This document shows positions 23,401-36,199 of a stretch of 64,000 nt of DNA, one piece after another. The stretch is from Basidiobolus meristosporus CBS 931.73 (taxonomy: Eukaryota; Fungi; Basidiobolomycota), in contig MCFE01000440.1 in assembly GCA_002104905.1 (NCBI GenBank), positions 1-64,000 on the forward strand. The letters are read 5' to 3'. Position numbers and translations under genes: made by a program. The stretch's first letter is position 1. Each line of letters begins with the position of its first letter. The notes under the pieces were generated by a model that did no database searches, was not told where the DNA came from, and saw nothing but the letters and a program-made list of their open reading frames with translations.

Positions 23401-26400
23401 ATGTCTGCTTTGAGTGCACTTTTGATGCATTACACCATAGCACTAATCTCCCCTCAGCCTGGAACAAGACTCCTGACCAAGCCTTTGAGTTGCTCTGCAA
23501 ACTGCTCTTACCTTATCTTACCCAGACTTTGCCAAGCCCTATGTTGTTCCTACAGGTGCATTCAATCTTGGTTAGGGGCAGTCCTTTACCAGGAAGACAG
23601 CCAAAATCTGCTTCACTGTATCTCTTTTCAAGCCAGATCTCTACAACCTGCTGAGAGAAGCTACTCTGCCACCAAGAAGGAGCTACCTGCCATAGTCTTT
23701 GCCATGTGAATTTCATGAGTATATATGGGATAGTACCTTTACCTTGTACACTGACCACCATGCCCTTGTCTATATGCACACTCAAAATACTCTAACTCCA
23801 ATGCTTACCAACTGGCTTGATACTCTACTTGATTATGGTCAAAAAGCTACACACTGCCCAGGAATTCTCAACATCCTGCCCAACTACCTTTCAAGGCATT
23901 TTCCAACTTCTCATTAGGAGGGACATGTGATTACTGACATATTCAACAAGCTCATTACAGCTTCTGAAATAAATCCTCAACTGGATTCCGCAACTTGGGA
24001 AATGCCACCTGCAGATGAAAGGAAAACATTGATACAGAGAACTCACTTATTTGACTACTTTGAAATTGGCACACTAATGAAAAAGCTACCCTATGATGGA
24101 TATGACTGGCCAAATACTACAGCTGACTGCCTAGTATTTGTCAAGTCTTGCAGTGAATGGCAACTTACAACATCAGTCACCACAAACTTCACCCTTTGAG
24201 TCCCATCCATGAAAGCCATCATATGGGTCTTATTGCAATTGATATAGCTGGACCTTTAACAACTAATGTCAGTGGTAATCATTGCCTCTATGTAATTGTA
24301 GATGTCTGCAAATGTTTTGGCTTCATAAATGCTATCCCAAACAAGCATACTGCCACTACTGCACAAGTACTATTCAAGCTCTCATGCCTCTTTAAATTCT
24401 CCAAGGTCATTCTATTAGATAATGGATCTGAATTTGTGAATCATCTGATCAAAGCCCTTTGCCAGAATAGCACCATTGATGACTGTATGATCACTCTATA
24501 TCATCCCAAACCTAATTGACCTGCTGAAAGACATGTTGAGACCTCAGTGAGCATCATCAGGATATCTATCAAAGATATCAAGAAGAACTGGGACAAGTAT
24601 GCTCCCACTGTACAGTATGCCACCAACACCAAAATTGCTGCTCTACATAGATCAATGCCATTTTCTGTGATGTTTAGAAAAAAGACTTGTTCCATTGGAT
24701 AGTGTCACATAGTGCCAGCATATTTATAGTGCTGGATTGATCTGGCACTGTAAGGCACTATCTGGCACTGAATTTCTACCATAATGCCAGTGGTAGGATA
24801 AAGTTACTGGAAATTTTTCAATCTTACTTATGTTGATCAGAATAGTGCATTTGTTACTTTATTTACTCTTCATAATGCTCCAGACACATTTCTCTCAATG
24901 GATGTCTTCTTGTATGAATATACAGTGCATTGATAAGTATCTTAACTATTTTGCCTATTTTGCTGTTTTCTCCTATATATGACTTTCATCTGCATTTACC
25001 TGCCAACATGCTGAATCTCTTCAGATATCCAAATGTATGCTCTACCCTCACTCTGAAATGATTAAATACCTCATTGTAGAGCTTCTGCTTCCTGCTAAGA
25101 ACATCATTCCTTGGCTTCCTATATGCTGTAATACATCCTAATCTCTAACAATCCTCTCCTATATAAGCTAAATCTGTAATATGTTTTTCCCCTCTACTGA
25201 ATTATGGATGATGCTTGGCCCAGAGTGCTTTGTCATGCCTACTTCCAGCAAATGGCCCACTAAACCAGATGATGTTACACTCAATGTCAGACAGTGCTTG
25301 AAATGTCACACAGTGTGCCTTATACTATCCAGAATAAAAGTGCCTCTGCCCTTTAGAAGGTCTGCTAATCCTGACTGGGAAGGTATTCAAAGTATTCCTT
25401 ATATGGAGCCTGTTGCTGAACACTCTGGGATATGGAAGTCTATTGGAGCTTCTGAGCCTAGTATTCCAAGCTTGCTCTAAGTCATTCATACCCCCTGCAA
25501 GGTGGTTCTCCATTGCTGTCAGCCAGGAATGAAAGCTTCTAGGACCTTTGTTGCCATGGATGGTGGGATGGAGCCATGTGGGGCAATAGTACTTTTAATA
25601 GCACAGAAGCTTAACAAGGGATCTCCTTGAGTAGATTGGGGTAGATGGTCCACAGTACTTGGTATAGATCTCCTCTAGTGTGTCAAAAGGAAATCCAGTG
25701 GTAGTGATGGGACTGATGAGAAAAGACCATTCACTTGAGTAAGTCATTCTAAAATTGGTATGTGATTGGGCTAAGGTGAATTGAATTAATTTGGTGCAAT
25801 CAGCTTTATTCATCAGATTTTCCATGCATTATGATTAAATCTGCATCAATTACCACAAGCTCCATCATTGTGTTGCAAAAAGCATTATCAAACAATTGAC
25901 TTGGCATTTTTATTGATGCTTTACTCACAAGTTTATAATCAAATAGGAAATCTGCAAATTATCTGATTCAATTCATGTCAATGCAATCTAAGATGCATCA
26001 TGCATAATATATGGAAAACTCAATAATCACGTTGGTTTTCATATATATTTCATATAAGACCAGGTTGATGCTAATACACTACTGTATAAGTATCCAAATC
26101 TGTTACTATGGTCCCTATACCAAGTCTCAACTCATCTTTAGTACAACCCAGACAAAACCCATCCCCTAGCTCACAGCACAGTCTGGACTGGAGAAGTCAA
26201 TGTTGGATCTGTTTGAGTTCTTGCCAAATGATTTTAGTATGACCCAAGTGTCTATGATGAGCCTTCATACAGATATTTGAGCACTACTCATTAATCTAGC
26301 AGAACTAGATACCTCAGAGAGTCAACAAAGATGGAAGAACCTGAGTTGAAAGCTGTGGCATGAGTTCTACATCAAGGTGCCAGTGGATGTATGTAAGAAG

Positions 26401-28603
26401 ATATATAACAAGACATGTATTGAACTCAAGCATGAGCTGATAGTGAGGGGATTTGATGAGGAGGCTGTGTGAGAGCAATTTTGCCTGCAATTTGCACAGT
26501 ACAGGCCGGATGTGTCCATTTGTGCCTCCACTTTAGGAACTAAAGAAATTTTGAATGAGTTTTTGCCTCAAATCATCAATGTATTGCATAATATGTTAGT
26601 AGAGCTAAGTGGCTTCTGAGAGCAATATACACAGGACTTGTCCAGGCAACAGTACCAAAGTATTAGGCAGAGGGTAAGTGAATACCTTGAGGAATCGGAA
26701 GGTGAGCTTCAAGATGAAGAATACAGACCACAAGCAATAACATCTAGATTGAGCCAGCATGCCTGGCTGGATTCCTTACCATCCCTTGCAACTTCAACAT
26801 GCAGGTGCATGTCAGTCCAAACTATGCCAGCACCCTTCACAAGAGTGCCCTGCATTGAGTCAATGTGTGTTGGGTCAACTTGCATGCTTCAGAGCAAAAC
26901 CACCAGAACTTGCCAAACTGCCCATTTAGACACAGGTCCATTGGAGCAGATCAAGATGCATCAACAAGCAGCATCACATCAAACTCAGCCAAGGGTCATG
27001 CCAGTGCATCAAGTTGTGCCTGCATGTGCCATTACACCTGACCATCAGTAAGTTTCTTCTGGTAAACTGACTGATAATGGCTTACATGAAGTGCCTCCAC
27101 CACCAGAGCCTTTGGCAAGTAAAAGAGCATGTCAGCACAAAGCACTACAGGCCAGTTCAGTAGCATTATCTAGAGCAATTAAGCATGGCCATGCTGCAGC
27201 ATTGCACTCATCAACCAGGAGGCAAAATACTGACTACCTATACACAAGCAGCCAAGAGGATAATCAACAAGGAAGTAATTTAAGTGTGGAAAGAGAATCA
27301 CTACCAAATGCTTCAGTAGTAATTCCTATGAGAAAAAAACCTAGGAGAAGATGATGCAATTGCATTGAATTGCTATTATTTGTCATGAGCCAATCAACGC
27401 ATTTTTTTGCAATCCAAATCAAGCCATTGCATATCAGTGCTCACTATATTTTTGACATAAGCAATACTGAGGTTGTCTCACATTTGCAACAGAACCCTTA
27501 TAAACAAACACCCCGCATATTTATATATATATCTTCTGTAACACCAGTGCAGCCATTTGATCTATTTTGCACCTATTCAATCAGTTGCATGCTTGCTATG
27601 ACACCTTGTCCAGTCACTAGGATCAGGGATTTACTTGCTCAAAGGCAAAATGGGATATAAGATGGCAAATCAGGTAGCTGGTGTATTGGTCAAAGAGCCA
27701 ATTGGGGGCTGATAGCTTCAGCATACTTTTGAACCAGTTAACCACTGAGATACCATCCTATTGGAGTGATGGTAACCAAAATGGTAAGTATCAGTGTAGT
27801 TATAGTCTGATGCGCATTTATTTCCATTTACATTAAAGAAACACACAAAAATACCAGATTTTACCTACCTTAATAGCGGTATTCAATCATGCACATGATG
27901 CAAACATTACAAGTTGGTGCAATCATCCGTGCCAACCTCATTGTGTCAGATTGTGCCATAGTATGCAAAATTGTCCCACCTGGTGCAAAATCGTCCAAGA
28001 GCAATCCTGCCTATTGGTAGCTGTAATATTGCGCCTGATTGTTCTTAGAGACCACAGATCATGCTGCGCACTCTGGCACAGTACAATGGAGCAAGTCTAA
28101 AGATTCAACCACTTTGGAGACTTCCAAGATACAGAGTTAGCCCATATGAAGACAGATAAGCTAAAGAACCAACTTCAGTACCTTGCCAACATAGTCTACC
28201 CTGCTATCAGTGCCAGATGTAAAGCCTCTCAGCAAAAGATGACTTTAAATTATGCCTCAAGACACAAGAACAGCATCATCCCTGATGGGTTCTATGTCAT
28301 AAAGCTGGATCCAGTCCAACAATATAAACTTGACTGTAAATATGAAGGCCTATTACCCAGTAACTTTGAAATTCTATGAAGTTGTGGCTATTGTGGACCA
28401 TAAGGAGAGGAATCAATCTGCCTCTATTTAGTAAAGTAGAAAGGTTATGATTCCAAACACAGCACCTGGGAACTTTATACCAACTTTGAAGACGTTGCCA
28501 TTGTTGTTTGTTATTGGAGCTGGAGGGGAACACAGAAGGCATCACAAAACTCCTCCTGTGAGAGGAAGAGATGTTGTGCATCAAGATTTAAAGCTTGGCC
28601 AGT
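20442..28603 (+). mobile_element. Degenerate Ty3/Gypsy chromovirus: 5' LTR 20442-21139, gag-PR-RT-RH-IN, chromodomain, PPT, start of 3' LTR at 28572; split by a Harbinger-type element
   Basis: AILDIG protease; FNSPL...LDPRPLNK...FPIPRI RT; SLQPAERSYSATKKEL and YTDHHAL RNase H; IAIDIAGP...DNGSEF...YHP integrase; YEVVAIVDH...KGYDSKHSTWE chromodomain; purine tract GAGAGGAAGAGA followed by TGTTGTGCATCAA matching the 5' LTR start. Confidence 0.88.
24683..28098 (-). mobile_element. Degenerate PIF/Harbinger (PHIS)-type DNA transposon, 3416 bp, TIR AGACTTG(T/C)TCCATTG, TSD AAA
   Basis: Inverted termini and an AAA duplication; excision restores the in-frame Gypsy integrase (MFRK|RFNHFGDFQD). Minus strand ~24880-25830 encodes a DDE_Tnp_4-like transposase (TGFPFDTL..., TFPVRISRPSKGQRHFYSG, YNEVFNHFRVRVEHTFGYLKRF). 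Plus strand ~26190-27354 is a second decayed ORF ending in RKKPRRR. Confidence 0.85.
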
Positions 28604-30580
28604 TTGTGTACATTGATTGGCTATTGCCTCTTTTTCACACTCCTTACTTCCTGACTCAACTGTTTCTCTTACTTTTGATGAGTACAAGTTGATTTATTTC
28701 CATTGAATCTTCAGTTGTACTTCAATTGCCAATTGTATTAACTTATACAAGTCCCTATACCCTAAACTAACATTAAGCTCAACCCTACACTCAGCAAGTA
28801 ACTCTATTAAGATCCACTGCTCAGTAAGTATTTCTGCAGTAATGCTCTGTTTGCATGACTTTGGCAGGGACCCAACAGATTTATGCCACTGTTCATTCAC
28901 TGGTTCCCACACATCCAGGTCTTCAGATAGCACTGCAAGGTCTAGCACCTCATCAGCCAGACTTTGCATTAAATCTGTGAAATATTCAAGTGCATTTCTT
29001 GAGCACTGCTCTTGAAGAAGTTCTTCAACCTCTTGGTGTGCCTATTAATGTTCCTAAATTTCACTGAAGGCAATGTGATAGTCTTTTGAGTTCTTGATGT
29101 TGTAGCTTTGTCTTTCAGTGGGATCTCCACTATGTCGGCAATGCAGGACATGGAGGCTGTGGTAGACAAATTACCCTTCCCTGCAAACTCATCAACCTCA
29201 GTGGAGTGTAGCTCAACTGCCTGCACTTCCAACACATGTGAAAGCAGCTGTTTTCTTGTTGATAATTCATCTTGGCTATGATGGTATTCATTCTGTTTTG
29301 GGCTAACAATGTCAGTTGGCACAAACTGCCTTTTTTTGCATGCTTCCCTGTCTCAGGCTTGGGCAGACTTATTTCACTTTACCTTTTCCCATATGACTGC
29401 CAGGTCTTTCACTGCTACTTTGTCTGAGTGCTTCTTGTAATGAACTACATTTTCTCCTTGATAAATGCTTCTCAGATGCATCTGCTTTGGACTGCTTGTC
29501 CCTTACTGGGACTCTTCTGGCAACCTGATGTTTCTTTACCACTTGTTTTGAGTTCTCAGTGGTAGTTGTGATAGGCTCCTGAGAAAGCCACTGGTTTTTA
29601 TCACTGCCAGGTCCTTCTCTACTACTTTGACTGAGTGCTTCTTGAGTGGTACAATGCTTTTTCCTTGATAAATGTTGTGCTGGTGCATCTGTGTCCACCT
29701 GCTTGTCCCTTATTTGCACACTTCCAGCTACCTGACATATCTTTGATGGTTGTTTGAAGCCTTTGGCCCTGCTTGTAACAAGCTCTTGAGGAAGCTGCTG
29801 GCTTTTAGCCACGGCACCCTTTTTCTTGTGCCTCTGATAGTTTCTGATATTCTTAAGATACTTTGTTGGCATACCAATGCTGGCCCAAAATCCATGTGTA
29901 TGTTTGAATCAAGGATAATGCTGTTGGAACAAGTCAGCTAAATTCTGCTTGTCCTTGAGTCCCAGATGGTCCCATGGTATGCTAGCCTTAGGGTGATGGT
30001 GTGCTAGACTTCTGATGGCCTCCTGAATACTAGCCCACTCTTCATTATTACACTCAACAGCTTCACAGATCCTCAATTTCTTTTGATTTTTAGGCTTTGG
30101 TATAAACACTGCATCAAATCCTTCCCATGCCACAATAGGGTTTTCTGTGGGCTTTATCTTTGGGCACTGTTGTTGTGCTTTAAAGACTGTAAGGTGTTCC
30201 TCTGCTGTCACATTGGGAAGTGGCTCAATTCTTGGCTCTGACATTGAGCTACTTGAGTTCCTTCCTTGCAGCAAAGATACTGCTTTCTCTATCTGAGATA
30301 TTAATTACTCTACATGTATTATCTGCTTATCCTGTTTCTGGATTATTTCCTGATCTCTCTGGGCCATTGCATCTGTCCTGTCAGCCACTGCAACTAATTG
30401 CTTCAGTAACGCTTTGGTATGAGCTGACAACATACTTGCTAATATGGGTGGTGGTGATGTTATGATAGCCACTTACTGGTCTTCAACTGAAGGTACTGCA
30501 TTTTCTACACTCTCATCTGCCTGAGCATAATGGTCAGCATGTGGCTCTGCAGAAGTTCTCAATGGCCTAGTGGACTAAGA
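28604..30580 (-). pseudogene. A/B module copy 1: ORF A (minus, ~28694-30570) plus C-terminus of ORF B (plus, stop 28692)
   Basis: ORF-track pieces 29909-30274, 29369-29872, 28969-29322 and 28694-28969 form one decayed reading frame homologous to the other A copies. B tail reads FVYIDWLLPLFHT. Confidence 0.7.
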
Positions 30581-30941
30581 GGCTCATAACCTGTTGTAAG
30601 AGTCTTGGAGATATTGGAAGTGATTTGGAAGTACAAGTAGAATATGTGGTTTCACTTAATGCTTTGCTCAATGTTTAAGTAGTATTTAAAACTTTTACAT
30701 GATCTTGGCATAACAAGCATGCAGAATAGGCTTGGGAAGGGCCCAAGAGCGTGTGTGTAAGGCTTAGGGCTGTTTGGACAGCTATGAGAATTTTCATGTT
30801 CTGGGTACCTGGTGTTTTTGTGAAAATATTCCAAGTAAATCCCAAAAAGAAGTTTGGCCAGTATTCTCTAGGATTTGAAGGTAATGATCCAAGTGACTAA
30901 GTTAAGTGAATATTTAGGTGGAACTGCAAATCTTTACACCA
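30581..30941 (-). mobile_element. Diverged Copia A 5' LTR (30592-30941) with PBS retained and internal region deleted
   Basis: LTR homology; GGTTATGAGCC immediately follows on the minus strand and then joins directly to ORF A sequence. Confidence 0.85.
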
Positions 30942-31149
30942 GTTTTCACAGATATTTTAAGCATCTATTGCCAAACTACACTTAAGTGTGGCACATAAAC
31001 TTTTGGAGGAAGGTATTACCCCTACCACACCCTCTGTGCCCTGCACTGTGAGCAGAGTAGAGGCTCCACTTGTTAGAAGAGTAGCAATGTAAAGAACTCA
31101 GAGGTTTCTGACAATGTAAGTGGTGAGGTTTGTAATGTTTTGTGAACAC

Positions 31150-31950
31150 TAAGAGTTTGCCATACTTCTTCCAGAGCAGCACCAAAGAAAATGCACCTGT
31201 GTACTGCAGGTATTGATCAGAAAGACTGGAAGACAATTTGCTTGATCTTGCACTGCCAGCTGCAGAATTGGACATGAGGAAACATGTGAGAACACAACAG
31301 TATAATGCATCAGGGTTACTACAAGAGAAATTTGCACAGGATGTTATGGCAGTGGCAATTGATGAATGGTGGATTTTTATGGAGTTACTTGTTTTGTGTA
31401 AGGTTGGGCTCAATGACAGTATTGGTTATAATCAGTTGCATATGCCAGTACAATCTATAATTGAGTGCCATTTAATAATACAGTGAAAGCAGACTAATTC
31501 ATATCATCAAAAGTGAGTATACCGGTAGAGTCTGAAAGTAAGATGAGTGAAATGGATGCAATAGCCAATTAATATATAGAGATATAGGAGATGATTGATG
31601 GTTAAAGATAAGAAAGTGAGAGAAATGGCAGAGGATCAATCAAAAGAAATATAAAGACAATTCAGATGAGTGACCTCAACTGAGGTTTTTGGAAAATCTG
31701 AGGTCCGTTTTTGCCCAAGGGCTTTGACCTAGTATCCCAACAGCATCTATACCTCTGAGTATAGTAATTCAAATCCTCAAATATACATCTTTTATTACCA
31801 TACTTATGAAATCATCTGTTAATCATCCCAACTATACTTCCATGGGTAGTTTACTTTCCCCCAATTGTACAAGCACTTTAATTCAGCTCTGTATAAGTAG
31901 AGCATCTGTAGGTAGTTGGGCCTGTACTGAAGTAACAGCAGTAAACATAT
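31150..31950. pseudogene. A/B module fragment 2: A C-terminal domain (plus, stop 31486) and B C-terminal part (minus, stop 31499-31501)
   Basis: LDLALPAAELDM...EWWIFMELLVLCKVGLNDSIGY (A) and LILCHFSHFLIF...LYINWLLHPFH (B) are homologous to the other copies. Confidence 0.6.
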
Positions 31951-31969
31951 ATCAGGCAGTTGTAGGGCA

Positions 31970-32273
31970 CCCTAGGAAAAAAAATTAAGAGAAGGCCAGG
32001 AAAATACCCTCATGATATCAGCTGAATTCCAAGTTTCTCAAAATTGACAACTCTCAGTATCTCTGTTGTTAGCTGATGGGCAGGCAAGCAAACAAATTCT
32101 CCAGGAGCAGATTGGGTCAACTAGCATCCATGCCAAATTTGGTAATTAGCTGCCCATTACTTCCATCAAAGATTGCATTTGAAATTTTGAACCAAAAACA
32201 CCAGCTGAATACCAGCAAAATACCAGACAAAAATCAGATGAATTCCAAGTTTGAGATAGTTGGATCCCGTGGG
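31970..32273 (+). mobile_element. MITE family R1 copy
   Basis: Starts CCCTAGGAAAA; colinear with 20119-20437; marks the boundary between CpG-poor and CpG-rich DNA. Confidence 0.65.
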
Positions 32274-32289
32274 GTGATTTGCTAGCTTA

Positions 32290-33350
32290 ACGCAACCAGT
32301 GATGAAAGGAAAGCCAAGAGACTTGAAGCTGGCTGGATCGATCCGAGCCAAGTGATGTACTGACCCAGAGCAAAGGACTCTTGAGCAAGCCTTTCAGAGA
32401 TAGCCATGAGGATTTCAGGTGAGAGCCATTATCATGTAGTAGATGGGGACTTTTTAGCAATATGTCGTGGTACAAGAAAATAGCGAGATTGCTTTTGAAT
32501 AATCCTCGTCTGGGCACTGGGCAAACAGCAAATCCAACCTGACACATGAAATGCCGGATGTCAGAAGAAACAGTTTCGGCCCAAAGATGTTGGTTGTAGT
32601 CAGCGGGTACTGACTCCATCTCATCTCATGCCCCCGTACTTTCGTAGAAAGGTGTCGTAGATGTTGCGAGGAGCTCTCAACCTTGCACATGCTTCGGTAG
32701 GAAATGGCTCATTGAGCTTGTTGCGCAGCTTGTAGCGCTCCGCCAACCGGATGCTCTAAAGCGGATGCACAATCAAGTATTCAAGGGGATACCAGGGCAC
32801 GGATATACATTACATAATCCAGGGAAGGCGTGGAAAAGCGTCATCATGGTGGATCCCTTGTTGGGCCGGATCACCATGTTACGATGCAGGACTTTCCTCA
32901 GTGTTCCCCTATCGTTCCCAAGGTTCCCTCCAAGCCCTTTCCTAGATACGTACTACATCGCGGACAGGCACCAGCGGTGTACGAAAATAATATCCGGTGT
33001 TGCTACACACGAGCTGCTCCAAATCCACAAACATTGCTTCAGCCGGAGGTGATTACAGGGTGACAACCGGTTCGCAACTCCATCAAAATCCACTCCGATC
33101 ACGGGGATTGGTTGACAACGTGGATCCGAACGACGCTTGGGGTGATCCCAGATATCACCGGCCGACGGCATGTCAGGGCGAGCAAGATTACATAAGCTCG
33201 CCAATCATCAAAATTGCTATTGATACTGTGCTACACACATCATTTGCGCTGACTTCTCTGTTGAAGGTTTGGTTGGAATCTGATTGTAACCAGCGGGGCA
33301 ATTCTGGGATAGATATTCCCTAGGCTTGTTCATCGTGGCACCGGATAAGC
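32290..33350 (+). mobile_element. Probable decayed LINE relic (zinc-knuckle ORF1 end plus APE)
   Basis: RDCF...SSGHWAN (degenerate CCHC knuckle), then IASAGGDY (cf. IxxGDFN), GLVD...DAW and RPTACQGEQDYI (cf. PT...IDYI). Confidence 0.35.
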
Positions 33351-33746
33351 TTGTGCTTCTCAGGGTGGGACGACCAATCATGTGATTTCATTTACCGAAC
33401 TTCTGTCCTGCATGGTCATCCCATGATTTGCTAGTGACATCGCTGCTAGCCCAATGGGGGTCGCCGAATCCATGACAATTCTCCATTTGTAACCGAGGAG
33501 CCATCTTATGGCCAGTGACCAATCATTTACTGACACTAATGGTCCGCAAGTGGACACAGCCAAATGGAGAATTCGATAATGATAGTCGAACCTTGTGTAG
33601 ATTTGAAGTTGGTAAGGGCAGCAACTCCACTGGATTTATTGATGAATGATTGGTAATGAAATGACTATCTATAAGTGCAACTTGACTTTTGCTTCAAGCA
33701 TAGAGTTAGGGCTGGGGTCTAGGAACGAATGCTGAGAACTGGGTGC

Positions 33747-33956
33747 TTATTCATCCGAGGGGACGTTGAAAACCTTGTCGGTGGGCAAGGTGAGCTTGAC
33801 GAGGCCGAAGATGAACAAGGCGCCACCGGCCATGGAGACAGAGGGGACGAGGATGTTCTTGTTCTTGAAGGATTGGTTGGCGCCGTGGGAGGCAAAGCGG
33901 CGCATGACGGGAGCGCGGATGGTTTGGGCTTGGACACGAGCGACGGAGGAGAACAT
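33747..33956 (-). CDS. Small (69 aa) single-pass protein with mitochondrial presequence; family unassigned
   Basis: MFSSVARVQAQTIRAPVMRRFAS is an Arg-rich, acid-free presequence with an RRF/AS cleavage-like motif, followed by one hydrophobic segment (ILVPSVSMAGGALFIFGLV). Strong C-ending codon bias. The ORF-track 33747-34139 call is probably over-extended upstream. Confidence 0.7.
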   Translation of the reverse strand: MFSSVARVQAQTIRAPVMRRFASHGANQSFKNKNILVPSVSMAGGALFIFGLVKLTLPTDKVFNVPSDE

Positions 33957-34829
33957 GGTTAGAGATGGATGGAGTTGTAGTGGATGCAGTTCACTGATGC
34001 TCTTCAGTCGATGCTCTGGAGGTCTTTTAAAGCATTTCTTGGCCCCCTCCCCAAAAATCCATTCCATCGATGACCGCACAATCGCATCCGCACTGAATCC
34101 GAATGACACCATAATCTTTGGGGCAAAAAGGGATGCCATCGCTCATGGCCCACATCGCAAAGGCGCGCAGCGCTTCTTGTCCCATGGCTGATCCACCCGC
34201 CGAGGGATCCCACACCACTTGAGCAATCATTTACCAAATGTGGGTGGTTGGCTCCGAAATGGGATGCTGGATTAAGATGGTACGTAGTCTGGCTGCCGTA
34301 TATGTCAGGGCTGGTGGGTAGCAAAGGATGTCCGGTAGGCTGGCTCTACACGTTTTCTGCGCTTCATCGATCTGATCAGAGGGAAGGTTGACTTGTGCTA
34401 CCACGGGAGCAAATCGGCATGGACTGCCGTCATGATCATTCCGGTATTGGATGGACTTGTTATCTATCGCACGAATCTCATCATCGCTGACTGCGGTGGG
34501 TCCCCCCAATTGGTGCCACCTGGCCAATCATCCTTCGTTACACGCCAACGCTGATGGAAATGAGATCATTGAATGCGACAGCCCATTCAGCATCGGTTGG
34601 TTTGCGGGGAACGCAGTCATCATCCGCACCACAGTTCCGTTCTGAGCTTCGGGATGGGAGGGCTCTCATGGTCATGTATGCAGGAAACGGGTTGCAGCCA
34701 GATTCCCCGCAGGAGCGGATTCGGCGGTGTATCCAGGTCCAGCGAGCCACTCGATCTCCCAATCCTTGTGGCGGTTAGGCACCGGCGTCTCTACACTGTG
34801 TTCATCCCACCCACCTGATCCGCGATCAC

Positions 34830-36100
34830 ATCGCTAGCAGACTGGGATCCCTTGGAAATCAGCGGCTGTGGAGTGGCTATGCCTCGTATGTTGGATGCCA
34901 CATATTTCGTGTACATCGTTGCGAGCGAGATAGGTGATTCGTGTGGCAAGACCCTATCCGGGCGTCGCCAGATGTAGGTTTGGGGCGATCCGGCGGATTT
35001 GGGCTGGCAGAGAGAAAATGGGGCCATTTTGGGACGCGGATAATCCAGCAACCAGTTACTGACCGCGGTCGAAATAAACAATCGGGACTATTGGGGCTCC
35101 CCGATGGTTGCACAACCATCCATCCTGCGCCATGGTGGAGCAATTCTATCTGCAGCGGGCTTCGGGTAACTATGACTACGTTCAGATCAATCTAAACCCC
35201 CTTGGGGGAAGTGGCGTGCTCATCGCCTTGCTCTGTTGTGGTGCCGGCGACCGAAGGGGTCAGCTTGCGGAACCAGCTTCTCGCTAACCATTCCTTGCCG
35301 CTCGCTGACTGGGCGATGGGCCTTTGGTGGATGGATTTGCTACCGGAGGCTACCAATCATTCCATGTGACAGGGTACCTCCGCCAAAGTAGGCCATGGTG
35401 GGAAACAGTCATGGAGACCTCTTGCCCACATCGAGGTCGGTTTCCATGTGGATCGATTGCTTGGCCAGCATGTGCCGATACCAGCCAGCCATCGCCGCAA
35501 TACTCGGGGTATGCAGGGGAGAACAAACGTTGGCCTCCGATCCGGTTAGAGCAAGCGAACCCTGGCCCAATGGGTGACGTGGGAAAGGCATCTGGCGAGG
35601 CTCTTGGTGGGATTCTCCATCAGGCTGGCGAGGAGTTGGTGATTCCATCTGGTGATTTGCTGTGCCTGCCACATCTCCATTGGCTTGGAGGGGAATGAGG
35701 TGCGTTGATTTGAGCACCTGCGGTTCGTCTGAGTGCTAGGGAAATTAGTGTTTGAGGGGGCTGATAGTAAACCAGGCTTTGGGTCAGCCACTAATCAGCA
35801 GTGAACTGCGAAGCTGGCCACTCCATGCCATCCAATTGGCCAACCTAGCGTGAGCGTTATCTCTTGGATTGATCACCTTGTATGGAGCCTGATTTCCTAG
35901 GGCGTGAGTTGTAAGGAATGTGGGTACGTCGCAGGGGCGTGATTTCTACTCTTGCTACCACATAAGCCCCCACCTCCATAAACCTGGCCCAGGAGTGATG
36001 GCTCAATACTGAGCGAAAATCTTGGCTCGTTGCATATCCAACAAGTCCCAATGTTGAGGGGGAAAATTTTGTTCGACAAATCCAGTAATATTGCCTATAT
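34830..36100 (-). mobile_element. Possible decayed LINE relic (ORF1 plus start of APE)
   Basis: VSHHGLLW...PVTWNDW*PP resembles the fungal LINE ORF1 pre-knuckle segment, followed by KYVASNIRGI (cf. APE start IxSxNxRG). Confidence 0.3.
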
Positions 36101-36199
36101 GTGGACATATGCATACAAAAGATCTTCATGGACGCTACGATGCGTGCTCACAGCTTACGTGTTTTCAGTTCAGCCTCTCACTGTTGTACTGGTAATGTG

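Noticed and set aside
33729-34191. Plus-strand ORFs 33729-33962 and 33766-34191, and the 130-aa extension of 33747-34139
   Set aside because: Antisense shadows or upstream read-through of the 69-aa gene; codon bias and the presequence begin at ATG 33956.
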